Origin: Octopus sinensis | Taxonomy: Eukaryota | Assembly: GCF_006345805.1 (NCBI RefSeq) | Contig: NC_042997.1 | Span: forward strand, 5,456,001 to 5,520,000 | Direction: 5' to 3' | DNA length: 64,000 nt | In this document: positions 39,929 to 55,151 of the stretch, piece by piece | Numbering within the stretch: position 1 is the first letter of the stretch | Layout: every line of letters starts with the position of its first letter | Made by a program: the position numbers and the translations under genes | Notes under the pieces: model-generated | Told to the model about the DNA's origin: nothing | Seen by the model: only the letters and a program-made list of their open reading frames with translations | Database searches by the model: none

Positions 39929-40649
39929 TTCGGTGCGAATGGTTTTGTAAATAATAAGAAAAATATTTTTATATAAGCTTAAAGCTTTTGGACCTCACCG
40001 TGCAATGACGAAGGAAAATCGTCTTATAACGTGGCATATAAGCCATCCACACGCACACACAAACACACTTATGTATTCAAAATATATGATTATAGAAATA
40101 TAATTATAGTAAGGGCACTAATTAGTAACGCCACATGCTAGAAATAGACGCAAACAGGCTCTAAGAACTACATTATTTACCCTTTTGGCACGGGCTGAAG
40201 GCGACGGAATTGATCAGAACATTTTTTTACAAAAAGGGTTTATTGCAGGCTGTGGTTGAGGTGAATGAATTAGATTTAGCTAGTATATAAATGTGAACAT
40301 TTGTACATGCGCTTGTAGATACGTGCTATTCGTATGAGTAGGTATAAATGTTTATAATGATGTACAATGCGTTGTACTATACTGGTAACAGTAAGGGATT
40401 TACATCTCTAAACCAGAAATCGATCCCTTTTTTCAAGTAGTTTCTTCTCTTCACTTCTCTCGCTTTCAGCCCATGCTAAATGGGTAAATAATGTAGTTCT
40501 TAGAGCCATTGGTATCTATTTCTAGCACGTGGATATCCTTAATAATGTCCTTATTACATATATAATTATATATTTTGTATTAATTGCTAACTATATGTTT
40601 TTATTACATGCTGGCTACTTGATAAAATCTTACAATGATTTTATACTTG

Positions 40650-40689
<40 letters not shown>

Positions 40690-40879
40690 TATATATTTAT
40701 ATACATACATACATACATACATACATACATAGAGGTTCAGGCGTGGCTGTGTGTAAGAAGCTTGTTTCCAAACCACACGTTGGATTCGGGTTCAGTCCCA
40801 ATGCGTGGTACCTTTGCAAGTGCTTTCTAAAAGCTTATGAGTGGATTTGGTAGTCGGACACTGAAAAAAGCCCATCGTG

Positions 40880-40926
<47 letters not shown>

Positions 40927-41432
40927 TAATGTCTGTATTTGCCCCCCCCCCCGCTTGACAACCGGTGTTGATGTACTTACGTCCCTGTAATAAGTACCAG
41001 GCTTAAAAATTAGTCCTAGGTTAAATTTGTTCGATTAAATCCCATCTTGGTATTGCCCGATCATGGCGGCAGTCAGATAAGTGAAACAAGTAAAAGAATA
41101 AAAGAATAAAAATATATATGTGTGGGTGTGAGTGTCTGTGTGTGTCTGTGCGTGTACATACACATACACACACACATATATAAATGTATGTAAATATGTA
41201 TGCTTTACATACATAAAGGTAAATACCTCTATGCATGTAAAACAATTTATTCACTTATATATGGATTTATTATGCATGCAGGGACATTTAAGTAGTTATG
41301 CAGGAATCAATGCAGCTGGATTTATTTATAGACAACTATCAATATTTCTGAATAAGCCGACAAAATCTCAAACATACACACTCACACGCACATTCACGCA
41401 CACACACACACACACATATATATTATATATAC

Positions 41433-41483
<51 letters not shown>

Positions 41484-41527
41484 TATACATATATAAATAT
41501 ATATATATACATATAGATATATATATA

Positions 41528-41567
<40 letters not shown>

Positions 41568-41661
41568 ACATATACATATATAAATATATATATAGAGAGA
41601 GTGAGACATATATATACGCATATATATATACATATATGCATATATATATATACACACACAG

Positions 41662-41703
<42 letters not shown>

Positions 41704-44700
41704 CATACATACATACATACATGCATACATACATGCACATGTGTATATATGTATGTATATGTGTCTGTGCATTCTATCTTTGTTGAAGTGCGTTACAATT
41801 TACGTATTTCCATTCTACATAAAATAAATAACGTAAATCGTTCACACTCTCACACAATTTGTTTGTGAGACTACATAACCTGTTTAACTCCATAACCTCG
41901 GATGTTTATATTACACGTGACATGGTACATTGATTTGACATGGTCGGTTAATGTTGTAAGTCATTGATCAAAGCGAACGTGATGTCATAGGGATAAAACA
42001 ATGTCAGAGAGTGTTGACATTTAGCAGGTTGTTTTAGTTTTACTTCCTATCTCAGCTTGTAGAAATACCACTCAGAGAAGTTGACAATTCAATACCAGCC
42101 TCATGGAGTGCATTTTTGCTATTATTGTTGTGGATGTTTAACCAGGGACTGATCAGGCTTAACAATGCTATAAAAAATAGATAATCTAAATGAGACCAAC
42201 CCGTAATGGTTTCTGACGCTGGCTCCTCTTGATAATATTATCCAATGTGTTGCTCTTAAAACGTCAATAAGTGATTTGAGGGAGGTTTGCAGTTATGTTT
42301 TTCTGGTCTAGCGGGTTCGCATATTTCACTATACGTAAATCAACAATGATTCCATGGTGTCTTTTGGAAAACTTTCCATCTAAGGGCAATATTTTCAAGG
42401 GGGTATAGCTCTACATTATCTAATACAGGCACACCTCAGTTTACGTCGTTTCGAGTTACATCTTTTTCGACTTCACATCGTCTTTTTTCAAAGAAATAAA
42501 TGGAAAAAATAAACTCAAATTCGGTCGATCTCTCCGATTTACGTAGGTCTTAGTAAACATATTAAAGAAAGCATAGAAATATTTACAAAATCATATCAAA
42601 ACATTTATTAAAGCAGATACAAGCTAATAATGATTTTAAATGTTTTTTGTTTTACGTCGTTTTTTTTAATTAAGTTGCATTTCTTGGAAGTAATTACCGA
42701 TGTAATTTGAGGTAAACATAAAAATATTGCTTCTCTATTTAAGACTACCAGTATATGATATAGCAAAGATGTAGCTTTCGAATCACATAGTATGATTCCC
42801 ACATGATAGACATACGACAGGATGCTCCTCAGTAAATTTCTCTCAGTTCTGTTACTGGTGACTGATTTTCTTCTATTTATATGTATAATAAAATCGATCA
42901 ATTTTATGTTTCACTGATTAGGGTAAACACTGCTTCGCTGGGGGAGATTTAACGGCATCGAAACAAATTTGCTGCATTCATTAATCCTTGTCTTAATGAT
43001 AATATCTACCCCCAACTGCGATGGGAATATTTTGCTAAAATTTGGATTAGCTGGAAGTATTGAAATTTTCACATTTGTTCTTTGCTTTTAGATTTTAAGC
43101 ACTGCAACCCCAACTCTCTATATGTGACACATTTCTCAATATTATTTAGCATAATGCGAAGCCCTGTGTTTAATTTTTTATTTCCCTTTTTGCTTTGTGA
43201 CATCAATTCTCTTTCTTTCTGCCCTCTATCAGTCCTTGTCTTACAGTCTGTTTTATTGAAATCTCTTTCTCTTTTTGTTACTAAATCTCTCGGTTTTTAT
43301 TGTTCCCACTATTACTAAAATATCCCCACGTGCTCTCTCCCTCTCTCTCTCTCTCTCTCACACACACACAGAGAAACATACACACACACACACACTTCCC
43401 GCAAGGCATCACTTACTCATCTTCCATCAAAAGATGTTTCCCTTCCAGGATTTGTTGTCTCTCGCTTGATCAGTGAAACGTTCGGTATCAGTCTCTTTCA
43501 ACTCTTAATTTTGTATGTCTATTTAATGCCGAAATATTCACTCATTTCTTCTAAGCTCAACTTATTTTATATTTCTCGTTTACATGGAAACACTAGGAAT
43601 TTACACAAACACACACAAACATACATACATAATAGTGTGTATGTGTGTGTGTGTGTGTGCGTGTGTGTGTTGTATATATAACTGTCAATTGTGATTTTTT
43701 TTTTCTAATTTATATTTTGAATTTTACTGCCTTGTTTAATTTTCGTGTCTACTCGTCTGTGGATATGAACCTGCATGTTGTTGACGTTTCTTAAAAGAAC
43801 GATATTATTGGAAGTTGTGTAAATTGATATGATATCCAGTTGACAACCAGTGACATGACTGACAATGTTCAAAACTGCTTATTTTTGCGTTTTCATTTTC
43901 TGTACAATTTTATTCGTCGCTTCGTTTTGAATTTTATTTATTGTAATTCAACATACTGTTTTCACAGCGACTAATTACTTTTCTTTTGTAAAACAACGGC
44001 ATCTCCCCCTCTCTTTCTCCCCGTCTCGCTTGCATCTATGATACAACTTGTAGCTGTCCATCACTTTCTCTTTCTTTTCCTTTTCTTCTGGAGCGTTTCC
44101 TTTTACTCTCCAAACCCATTTTTTTTTTGCTTTTTTTATCTTACCGATGTTACATTATGTATTCCATCCCACATGGCACTATTATTTTCAACTCCCACTT
44201 TCTATCCTTCATCAAGCAATTCTTTTGCCGCTTGACCTCTGAACAGCTCGGATGCTGGTTCGCACTGTTGTCTGTACATTTTCCTCAACGCCGAAAGGCT
44301 AATTGCTAGCGTCTGTACGTTACTTCAGTGCACGACGTTTTTTTTCATTTTAAATTTATCTCAGAAGAATATATAAATTTATCTATTCGTATTGCTTAAT
44401 ATGACTTCCGTCATCATCCTTCTACAATAATTTCTTCAGTTTTTTCCACGCTTTTCTTTAGTTTTCGTGTCTGCTTGTCTAAAGCCAGACAACTGCATCT
44501 CGTTCATGCCGTGAGATAGCACAATGTCGCAGGAAGATGCCGAAATTGTCGTGATATGCAGCCGACAACTGATGAAAGGACTGAAAGCGCTTACGTCCGT
44601 TTGCGATGTTTCTCTTCTTTTACTTTCATTTTGACAAATCTATTATTTTGACCCTTTCTAACAGATTTTTCCATACGTATGTGAGTGAATGTAAGGATGT

Positions 44701-44999
44701 GAGTGTTAGAGTATGCATGTGTGTGTGTGTGTGCATGTATAAATGTGAGATATGGACAAAGAGATAGAGTGAGGAACAAATGAGAATTTATTGAGACGAA
44801 TGTTCTTAACAGCTGTAGCAGTGGTTTTGGCCCGTGCATCCTCTCACCATATGTCAAAATGTCATTCCCTATTCCCAAAATTTTCTGTCTCAAATGGTGG
44901 TTTCAAAATAATAATGAGCATATGATACTGAAAATCCGTATCTTTTTCTCCATCTCTATAAGTAATCTTTACATATATAGATTAATTTTATAGCGTGCT

Positions 45000-46037
45000 T
45001 TTACACGTTAAATAGCAGCTGAACATGCTGATGGATATCAAGCATAATAGTTGTTTCTGATATTCGTAATGTATTACTTAACAGACTAAACTGAAGCGTA
45101 ATACAATAAATAAAAATCAAAGCGCCAAAGAACTGTAATTCAAAATACGAAAATCGATTGTGTTCCATCAAACAAAAAGCTTCATGATGGCTGAATTTTT
45201 CACAGATTTACTACACCTACTCCATAAAAAACACCCAGAATTTGAAGACGGTCTCTATAGGGATGATGTTCAATTTGTAGTTCGAAATGCTTCCAACCGT
45301 TAAATCGAAATACATCAGAAGAGATTACATAAATTTTCAAAAGCCAAGAACTTACCATCACTCTTGAGCAGGATCACACTTCTGAGAAATTCATGGATGC
45401 AATTTTTAACATCACTACTTCAGCTTGCCAACTATACCATAAACCTAATAGCAATATTACTTAAATACATGCGCAGAACAATCATCCTCATAATATTCGC
45501 GATAACATACCTTATAACATTGAAAATAGAATTAACTCATTATCCTCAAATAAAGAAATTGTTAATAAGCGTAAAAAGTATTACAATCTGGCTCTTAGAA
45601 ATGCTAGTTATAAATATCAAATGAAATACAACAAATTTAACACTGATTTTCCCAATCATAACAACAGTTATATGGATATGAATTCCAATAAACACATCAC
45701 AATTTCAAAACACCATTATGAATTGGAAGGCCCTGGCACACAACTTAAGTCTATGAAGTATACTTGTGAAGATAACTCCACCATAAAATGAGAAAAAATG
45801 TTTAACAACTATGGACCAAATGATGAAACTTTTACTAACCAGATTTCTACCAATACCTATATTTTTAATAAGATAAACAATTGTAATGTTACTATCAATC
45901 ATTACTAGAAAAACATTAACATAGCCGGAAACAATAACACAAAACAGAGTTTTTTCACAAAAACATCTCTTATTTCTACGCATACTCTAAATACCCCACA
46001 CAACTACATAACCAACTCTAATGATGTCAATATTTTC

Positions 46038-46098
<61 letters not shown>

Positions 46099-47010
46099 GT
46101 AATAATAATAATAAAGGTGGTAATAATAGGTATAATAATAATAACATTAATAAGTATAATAACAATAATAAGACGTATATCATTGCTAGTGTTGGTGTTA
46201 ATACGAGAGGTAAATAGAAACCTATACCTTTTATTCGAATGGGTGACCCAGCTAATAAAAACCACCATATCAATAAGAAACTCAATAATAACATAATTTG
46301 GATTATTTTTCCTTTTGCTAAACATTTGAAGTCTAATTTTATAAAGTCTATTGTTCTATTATTAAATCAAATTTCAGTAAATCTAGGTATGTTTGGATAT
46401 TCAATAACAAAATGATTAGATTTGGCTTTTCTGTTTCTCCTAACTTATTTAGGATTATTTCTTCCTTTAAGAATAGAAAATTAAATCTTTACTACAAGAA
46501 TTTAACCCCCGCTACAACTTATGCTAACCCCAATTATTCAAATAGCTCTGTATCTTCTACCAACGATTCCCATACTCACACAAACTGTTCCTCTATCAGC
46601 ACACATACACATATCAATAGTACGCTTAATATTAGTAACAATTTTAACTATAGAAACCCTAACACCTGTGAGGTTAAAGGTAATTGTAAAATGAAAACGT
46701 TGTATATAAGGCTACTATTACAACACATGAGATCTCTAGGTTTCATTATATAGGTTGCACGCAGACCCTCTTAAATTACGTTTCAATAATCAGAAATCAT
46801 CTTTTACTGATCCTCAGAGAGAAAGTAGTACTAGTTTATCCAAAAAAGGCATGGCAATCTCTTGGAATAGTGTTTGTTCGGCCTCCTCTTATAGGATTTT
46901 ATGCCTTTTATGCATTGAAGAGTCTTATATGATTATGAAAATGAACGTTTCTGTTCGAGAGAAAAGTGTTTTCTCTTGTAAACATATGTTCAAATTCCTT
47001 TTGATTAACC
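45000..47010 (+). pseudogene. Decayed second Penelope-like element (YRDD-type RT and GIY-YIG)
   Basis: GLYRDD (YRDD at 45256-45267); FMDAIFNI..YHKPN..NHP; IIWIIFPF..IFN..FSVSPN; CEVKGNCK..VVYKAT..YIG..LKLRFNNQKSSF..STSLSK..LCLLCIEE..SCKH. Many stops and frameshifts. Confidence 0.8.
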
Positions 47011-47549
47011 TTAAATACTCTTATTGATTGCCTCTTTGTCTTTTTCTTATTAGTTCTTATTACACTCTTAGTTTATGTGTATGTATATATTCTCTGTGTG
47101 TTGCATGTAATTATGTATACGTGTGTGTACGTTTATGCTCTTACGCTCGTGTTTTTATATGTATGTGGGTATATGTATTTATGTATATCTATATATATGT
47201 AGATATGTATATATTAGTGCGTGTATTTTTATGTGTATGTGTGTATATGTATATACTTATATATATTCGCATGTAGGTATCTATGCATGTTTTACTTTGT
47301 GTTTGCGCATGAATGTATTTCATGTTTTTTCTTGTCTACATGTGTATATACAACTATATGTAAGAGTGTATGTATATATACTTGTTTTTTTCTGCATATG
47401 CATGTTTTTGTTTATAGAGACATGAACACGCACGCATATACGTGTGTATATCTGAGTATATGTAGGTGTATTTCCATATGTTTTTCTTTGCTGCATTTTG
47501 CATGCATCTTTCTGTCATTTTGCTTTCTGATTGGGTGTATGTATATATC

Positions 47550-47580
<31 letters not shown>

Positions 47581-47871
47581 ACAAATTATAAATAAAACAT
47601 ATGCATATATACATACATATATGTACGTACCTACATCTACATGTATATATACATGCCTATATGGGTACAGGACACCAAAAGAAAACGTCGAACACAATGA
47701 GAAACGAAAACATAAACAGAAAACCAAGGAAATGGACATTTTTCTTAACGAAAAAATAGAGTACAGGATATAGAACACAAGAAAAATTCCCCTTCATCAG
47801 TCACCTCTGTTTCATCTACACCGCACGCGCGCGTGTGTATGTATTTTTTTATATATATGTATGTGTGTATG

Positions 47872-47938
<67 letters not shown>

Positions 47939-49323
47939 TTATGTGTACATGTGTGTGTTTGTTTATGTTTTACGCGTGCATTTGTAGGTGTGTGTATATA
48001 AATATATATGGGTGTATATATATATTTATATGTATAAGTAGGTATGTATGCATATTTGCATGTATATGTGTATGTGTATTTGGTTGTATATGTGTGAGTG
48101 CATGCATGGCTATTTTTTGTATATATCTCTGTGTTGTGTATGTGTGTATGTGTGTATGTATGTATGTATTTATGTATGTATGTGTGTGTATGTATGTATG
48201 TGTGTATGTATGTATGTGTGTATGTATGTATGTGTGTATGTATGTATGTGTGTATGTATGTTTTTGACTGCCTATCCTTATATGTTAAGTGTATACATTT
48301 TCCTTATCAGTTGTAATTTTATAGCAATTTTTCTCCTTCATATATTCATTTTTTGTCCCCAACTTTTTCTGATTGTCTCCCCTTCCCCGGCCTAGTTTTT
48401 TGAGTAAGCTAACTATCTTGAATTATGTCGGCCGCTCTTGTGTGATCGATGTTTTTTTTCCTTGCTATGTTCTCTTTGTTTTCTTTTTCTCTGCATGTAT
48501 GTACATTTTTACTTTAATATTGTAACTTTTTTCAAACATAGTTTCGTCTATCACATTTTAGCGTCCTGTAAAATATATATACATATATTTTTTCGATATT
48601 CAATATTAATATGTATAACTCTCAATGTTTTTTTACTAGTTCACCTGTTACGTTATATTCTAGTAAACACCTGACCATGTTTATTGTACTTTGTGTCGAC
48701 CGGTTACCATTTTTTAAAACATACCCGTTAGCTTTTCCTTCTTATTTTTATGTTATAGTTTATCGCACATACACACGCACGTGCATACACATTAATATGT
48801 CTGTCTTTTTTCTCTTTCGTCTCTCTTACTATTATTATACTGTTATTTTCCCCCTTTTACAACTTGCTTGTAAATATCCGATATTTCCCTATTACCCCTT
48901 TTGCATTCTCCCTTATTGTATCTTATTTTAATTTACTTTATTTTATTAAACTTTTTTTGATGTCCTTACAAAAATTCCTCACACCGATGAAAATGACAAT
49001 CGATAAATTTAATTATAATTGGTATAGTTATAATTTCTTTTTACGTATTTGTATTGTACTTTGAAACGCACGTATGTATTGAGTCCTATTTTGTATTAAA
49101 TCTAATTTTGATTCAACATCTTTTGTCCTTCATTTTTCTATAATTGTTTATGACAATGTTATACTTATAACTATATTTTTCAACTAGTATTTCCATATTC
49201 TTATTACTTGCTCTAGCTGTGATTTTATGAATATGATGAATCATTATTAGAAATCTTTCTTTCTCTCTTCTTGAAAGTCTCAAAATGTTTAAATTGTTCT
49301 GACATATATATATATATATATAT

Positions 49324-49368
<45 letters not shown>

Positions 49369-49769
49369 AGAGGGAGAGAAGAGAGAGAGAGAGGAGAGAG
49401 GGAGAGAAGAGAGAGAGAAGAGAGAGGGAGAGAAGAGAGAGAGGAGAGATAGTTTGAGAGAGAAGGATAAAGTAATATATATTGAGAGATAGATAGAAGG
49501 TAATGTGTGTGTATGTGTGTGATGTACTTGTTTTCCGTTATTTGCCTATGCCTGTGCTGGGTTGAAGGGTTTAGTCGTAGAAATCGCCTTCAGTACTTAT
49601 ATTTTGTTAAGTTTGGTACTTATCTCTCGATCATTTTTGCCGAACTGCTAGTTACAGCGGCGTAAACAAAGTACCACCGTTGGACATGCTGCAGTAGAGG
49701 TCTCACACACAGAGAAACAGAGATACATATATTTATACATATATATACATATATACATATATCTATATC

Positions 49770-49803
<34 letters not shown>

Positions 49804-50095
49804 CGGCCTGCTCACTTAGCCAGCGGGGTGGCGTCATTCGAAGGCTAAAACAATGCGAACGCATTGTGACCAGCGATGTGTAACTACATCTGGTCGGTCA
49901 CGTAATAAAAAGTCACGTAATATATATATATATACATATATATTTATGTATATATATATAATTAAGGGCTCAGTAAAATAATTTACTTTGACACATACTG
50001 AAATTTTTAGAAATAGTAGCCCAAAAATTTTCTTTACCCTTTTTACTACCTTTAAGAAGAATCTCCCTAATAGTGCTTACTCAAAAATAATTCAC

Positions 50096-50152
<57 letters not shown>

Positions 50153-50925
50153 GCACACATACACACGGGTCTTATTTCAGCTTTCGTGTGCATCTCAATC
50201 CTATGTAACTCTAGCATGAACGTAGCTGCATGGATGAAGCAATTAAAAAAATGAAAGGTTTTTGGCGGTGCAGAGATATAATTGGAGACACATGCCGAGG
50301 GACTGAACCTGAGGCTACGCATTTTTGAGAAGTAAGCCTGTTAACCATACAGCCGCACCTGCTTCAAACGTTCTGACTTAAATGTTAATCTTACAATCGT
50401 ACGGAGACTAACGTTCGCCCACATCACGATTTCACTGAAACAAAAACTCAGCAGTGAGGTAACAACCTATACCATTTAGAGGTCTTGGACGTCTTATAAA
50501 GAAAATAAAGTAAACAGAAAAAAAAAGAGAGAGAGGAGGAGTATTTATCAAATGAAATCATTATGTCTTCTTGTACTCCGTCTTGGTCAGGCAGTGCAAG
50601 TTGTTAAGTGGTCAGCTGTGTGTAAATAATTGGCATCGATTCATTTTCGGTGCAATTCGATTTCACATTCCCTAATGCACACAAACGTCTTTTACTCACT
50701 CTCTATTTCTTACTGTTGCGTTGTCTTTTCTTTTTCTGTCACTCCCTCTTCTCTCAATCTCAGTTTCTCGATATAGGTAAATATATACATACACACTCAA
50801 ACACACACACAGACACACACGAACACACGCGCGCGCACACAGACACACATATACATATACAGACATAGACATACGTAAATTTTTCTCACCCTCTGAATAT
50901 ACAGAGCGTAATATATATATTTATT

Positions 50926-50979
<54 letters not shown>

Positions 50980-51258
50980 GCTTAATATATTCAGGGGCTG
51001 AACATGTGTACGTATGTATCTAATGTATGTGTACACACACACGCACACACATATAGATATGTATATATACGTGTATATATATATATGCATACGTATATAT
51101 ATATACATACATACATATATACATACATATATACATATATACATACATAATACATACATATATACATATATACATACATATATACATACATGCATATATA
51201 CACATATTCATACATACATACATACATAATATATATATATATATATATATATTAGATA

Positions 51259-51321
<63 letters not shown>

Positions 51322-52671
51322 CAGATATGAACGTAGTATGTATGGGCAGCATGTATGCGTCTGTTTGCGTATGCTTATTGGTGTAAAACATTGTTGTTTC
51401 CGGTATGAGCTGGACGTAGGAGACTAAATCCAAGGTACAACAAGTTTGTATAAATCACTAGTTATGATAATCTTTGGTTTTACGTCATCAAAATTATCCC
51501 TACTGATTTAAATTCCGAATGTTATTTTTTTTTCCATAGGCAACTATAATGTTTTCTGCCTTGCTGAATAGATGTGCTTTTAAGCGATGGAATATATAAT
51601 CGTTAGCCATAAATGAATTATTAACGATGTTGACTTCTAATTCCTCGTAAATCAGTAAATGATTTCTTAATTCTTGTGTTGTCATTTAAGACGCTTATGA
51701 ATATTTAGGAAATGAGATGGTAATTTACTTTGCTCTTAATCTGTAAAACAAAAGCATATACAGACAGGTAAATTTGTTACGGCTTAATCATAGATGGATT
51801 TCCACATCCATGATACATCTGAGAGGTGGCTTTAGTTTTTTTCTGCTATTGATTGAAGTTATCCTCTATAAAAAATTATGTGATTGTATAAAATGACCTG
51901 AATGAGATAAACGGTTAAAGGACGGAGTTAAAATGCGCAAAGTTAGGTTGACCACACAGGCTTCAAAAAACACCCTGATTCACTTGTGTAAATATCATTT
52001 ACAAAAATTAATGAACGAAATTCTAAAATAAATCGAAAACAAGCGCAGAATAAATGTTGAAGTCTAAGTCTGGGCAATTCAATTGTAAGAACATGGACAC
52101 CCAGTCCTGTGCATGCATACACACTGACATTCACAGTCATACACGCGCAAACACATACATACACAAACAACAACCACCTACATATATAATTTAGCTGTTA
52201 ACCAGTACAGAGACTCAAAGACCGTGAGCTTTGACTTGTACTTTTCTAGACATAATTTGCTAAATGCAATACACAAGACACTCTGACACTGATTCACTTA
52301 TGAACTTTAGAGTTATACATATATAGAAAGACGTATGTATGTAAGCATGTAGGTATGTATGCATGTCGGGCATGTGGAAGAGAGTGTAATTCGGCAGGAG
52401 GACTTAAACGACATGCAAAGGTACATGAAGCCTAGTTATAACTACAGCCGGCTATTACCGGTAAAGGTTTTAGTTGCCAATTCTGTACAAGACTTTGTAA
52501 ATCATTGGCTGGGCTAAAAAGTCACATTCGATCACAGCACCAGTAACAGTTAAGCTTCGTGCAATGGCCATACTCGATAACGAGGGGACAGCCATAATGT
52601 ATGTTTGTATGTATGTATGTATGTATGTATGTATGTATGTATGTATGTATGTATGTATGTATGTGTATGTG

Positions 52672-52726
<55 letters not shown>

Positions 52727-53547
52727 TGTGCGACCGTGAGAGAGAGAGAGAGAGAGAAAAAGAGAGATAAATAATGTTAAGGACAAGTTTATATTATAAT
52801 CCGTACGAACGTTTCACTATTATTCTTGATTGAAGCACTGCAATAAGTGTTCCATGTGCATTTAGATATTTAGTCACAATGGATCATCAAGAAATACCTT
52901 ATTGCATTAAGTCAAATTTATGTGTGTGTATTTATCGATCCTTCTTCATATGTGTGTAGCATATACCCATATTTTTATACTTTTATGTATCACAGTAATT
53001 TAACTTTGGGCGTAGTGCGACCACACCGTTAATATGACATTTTATGTTATTTCTAGTGTTCTCCGTCCGTTCTTGGTTTTTGATAAGTGAATGGTTTGGA
53101 TACCGATGCGCTAAGTCGATTTTCATCACTGACATAGATTTCATGTAATGTGATGTTCATGCGTTTCTTAAAAAATCTACCTCTACCCTTATAGATCTCT
53201 TAAGTCGCTAGTATTGAAGTACTGCTAGGTACTGCTATATCAGGTTCTAAGTCTATATCAGGCATCGCTAGAAAGTACCACGATTTTCCAGATGCATATC
53301 TTTTGCTCAGGGAAGGAAAGTCTCTGTTTTTTTTTTTATTATTTAATTCAGGTATTTAATCTGTTGCATTGAGATAACGGAATGACTGCTTCAAATTGGT
53401 GGGATTGCCTAAAATGTCACCGTTCCTTTGATGCTGTTTGGCGAACAAAAACTAAGGCTAATAATCCACATAGCGAAGAACAAAAGTACTCTTCACAACT
53501 AATATATTTTCATAGTTTCTCACTCTGAATGACCACAGAAACCAGCA

Positions 53548-53734
53548 GTATCGTTAGCACGCCGAGCGAATTGCTTAGCGTTATTTCGTCTGCTGCTACG
53601 TTCTGAGTTCATCATTTCGGGGTCGATTAAATAAGTACCAGTTATGCATTGGGGTCGATATAATCGACTTAATCCGTTAGTCTGTCCTTGTTTGTACCCT
53701 CTGTGTGTAGCTTCTTGTGGGCAAAAAAGAAATA
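53548..53734 (+). mobile_element. 5'-truncated tRNA-derived SINE with 11-bp TSD
   Basis: agaaaccagca at 53537-53547 and 53735-53745. Confidence 0.85.
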
Positions 53735-53950
53735 AGAAACCAGCAAAGAGATACCCGGAAATTGTTAATTGTATGATTATAGCTGTATAACTTACCTACC
53801 GACCTACCTACAACCATGCCTGCCTGCCTCACTATCTGCTTATAAACCTACCTACCAACATTCATTGATGCATACATACATAAAACAACGAACGTATATG
53901 TGTTGGAATACCTGCATACTAGTGTATATGATGAATTAGATGAATACCAG

Positions 53951-54185
53951 AATAAGGCGGCGACCTGGCAGAAACGTCAGCACGCCGGGCGAAATGCGTA
54001 GCCGTATTTCGTCTGCCGTTACGTTCTAAGTTCAAATTCCGCCGAGGTCGATTTGCCTTTCATCCTTTCGGGGTCGATAAATCAAGTACCAGTTACGCAG
54101 TGGGGTCGATGTAATCGACTTAATCCGTCTGTTTGTCCTTGTCTGTCCCCTCTATGTTTAGTCCCTTGTGGGTAGTAAGAAATAT
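53951..54185 (+). mobile_element. Full-length tRNA-derived SINE with 16-bp TSD
   Basis: attagatgaataccag at 53935-53950 and 54186-54201; B box GTTCAAATTCC. Decayed relatives at ~24860-25020(+), 30495-30690(+), 34010-34130(-) and 63615-63770(-). Confidence 0.9.
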
Positions 54186-54588
54186 ATTAGATGAATACCA
54201 GTTAGACAACTGGTAGTAATAAGAATTTAGTGGCTAAATTCTGAGATTAATTTTCTTTAGCTGAATATATATGTGTAACCGAGAAATAAAATCGAGCGAG
54301 AGAATAAAGAAAAAATAAACATTAAATCCACATTTGTTCGTCAAATCTTATAAGCCATATTTTCAAATTAATACTTCTTATTCTGGTAATCCCTTATTTT
54401 GTAGTAAATACGTCTAAAGGATTAGAGGATATCTGTAAGAAGAAAAAGAACTGAAAAATTAGAAAATATGTATGTTTATAGATTTATATTTACATAATTT
54501 TATGTCATGATGACCTAAGCCAATCCCGAATGCACCTAAAGTTTGGATTTTCATGTTTCAATACACCCTATGCCTAATTCAAAGCTTA

Positions 54589-54629
54589 ATATGCCTAATT
54601 CCAAGCGTAAAGCTTGGAATTAGGCATAT
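54589..54629. repeat. Perfect 18-bp hairpin with a 5-nt loop
   Basis: atatgcctaattccaagc-gtaaa-gcttggaattaggcatat. Confidence 0.9.
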
Positions 54630-55079
54630 CGTATAGCTCTCTACTAACTCTACTGTCTTCACTTTAAGCAACGTGATAGATTTCTTACAGGACATATATA
54701 TTTTGGAGAGGCGTGTAGTTGACATGACAGAATTTGCGGAGAGGCCGTAAAGGAAATGAGTTTAAAGAAGAAATATGCCAATAAACTATTCTAAACCGCC
54801 ACTCAACCTGCAAACAAATATAGCTTAACTAACTTTAAAAAATAAGAAGGATGTATTGGGCAATAAATTCTTTCATGTCCGAATACATGAAATGACTATA
54901 ATTGGAAAGGATATTAATTTTGTTTCGCTAGAGAAGTTTTGCATTGAGCACCAAAAATTTATGGATGAGAGCTCAAGAACCTCCTTTTGAAACTGCATAG
55001 ATTCGGGATCAATCTGAAGCAAGTGTGCCCTACTAATGCCCCAGGCATTAGCTTTGCGAGTGAAACTCGTATATATATA

Positions 55080-55151
<72 letters not shown>

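Noticed and set aside
43395-43500. Strong minus-strand GTAAGT donor-like site
   Set aside because: All upstream frames are closed and no acceptor was found; such sites are expected by chance.
52850-53500. Non-repetitive stretch resembling a decayed LINE or ORF1
   Set aside because: No motif could be assigned with confidence.
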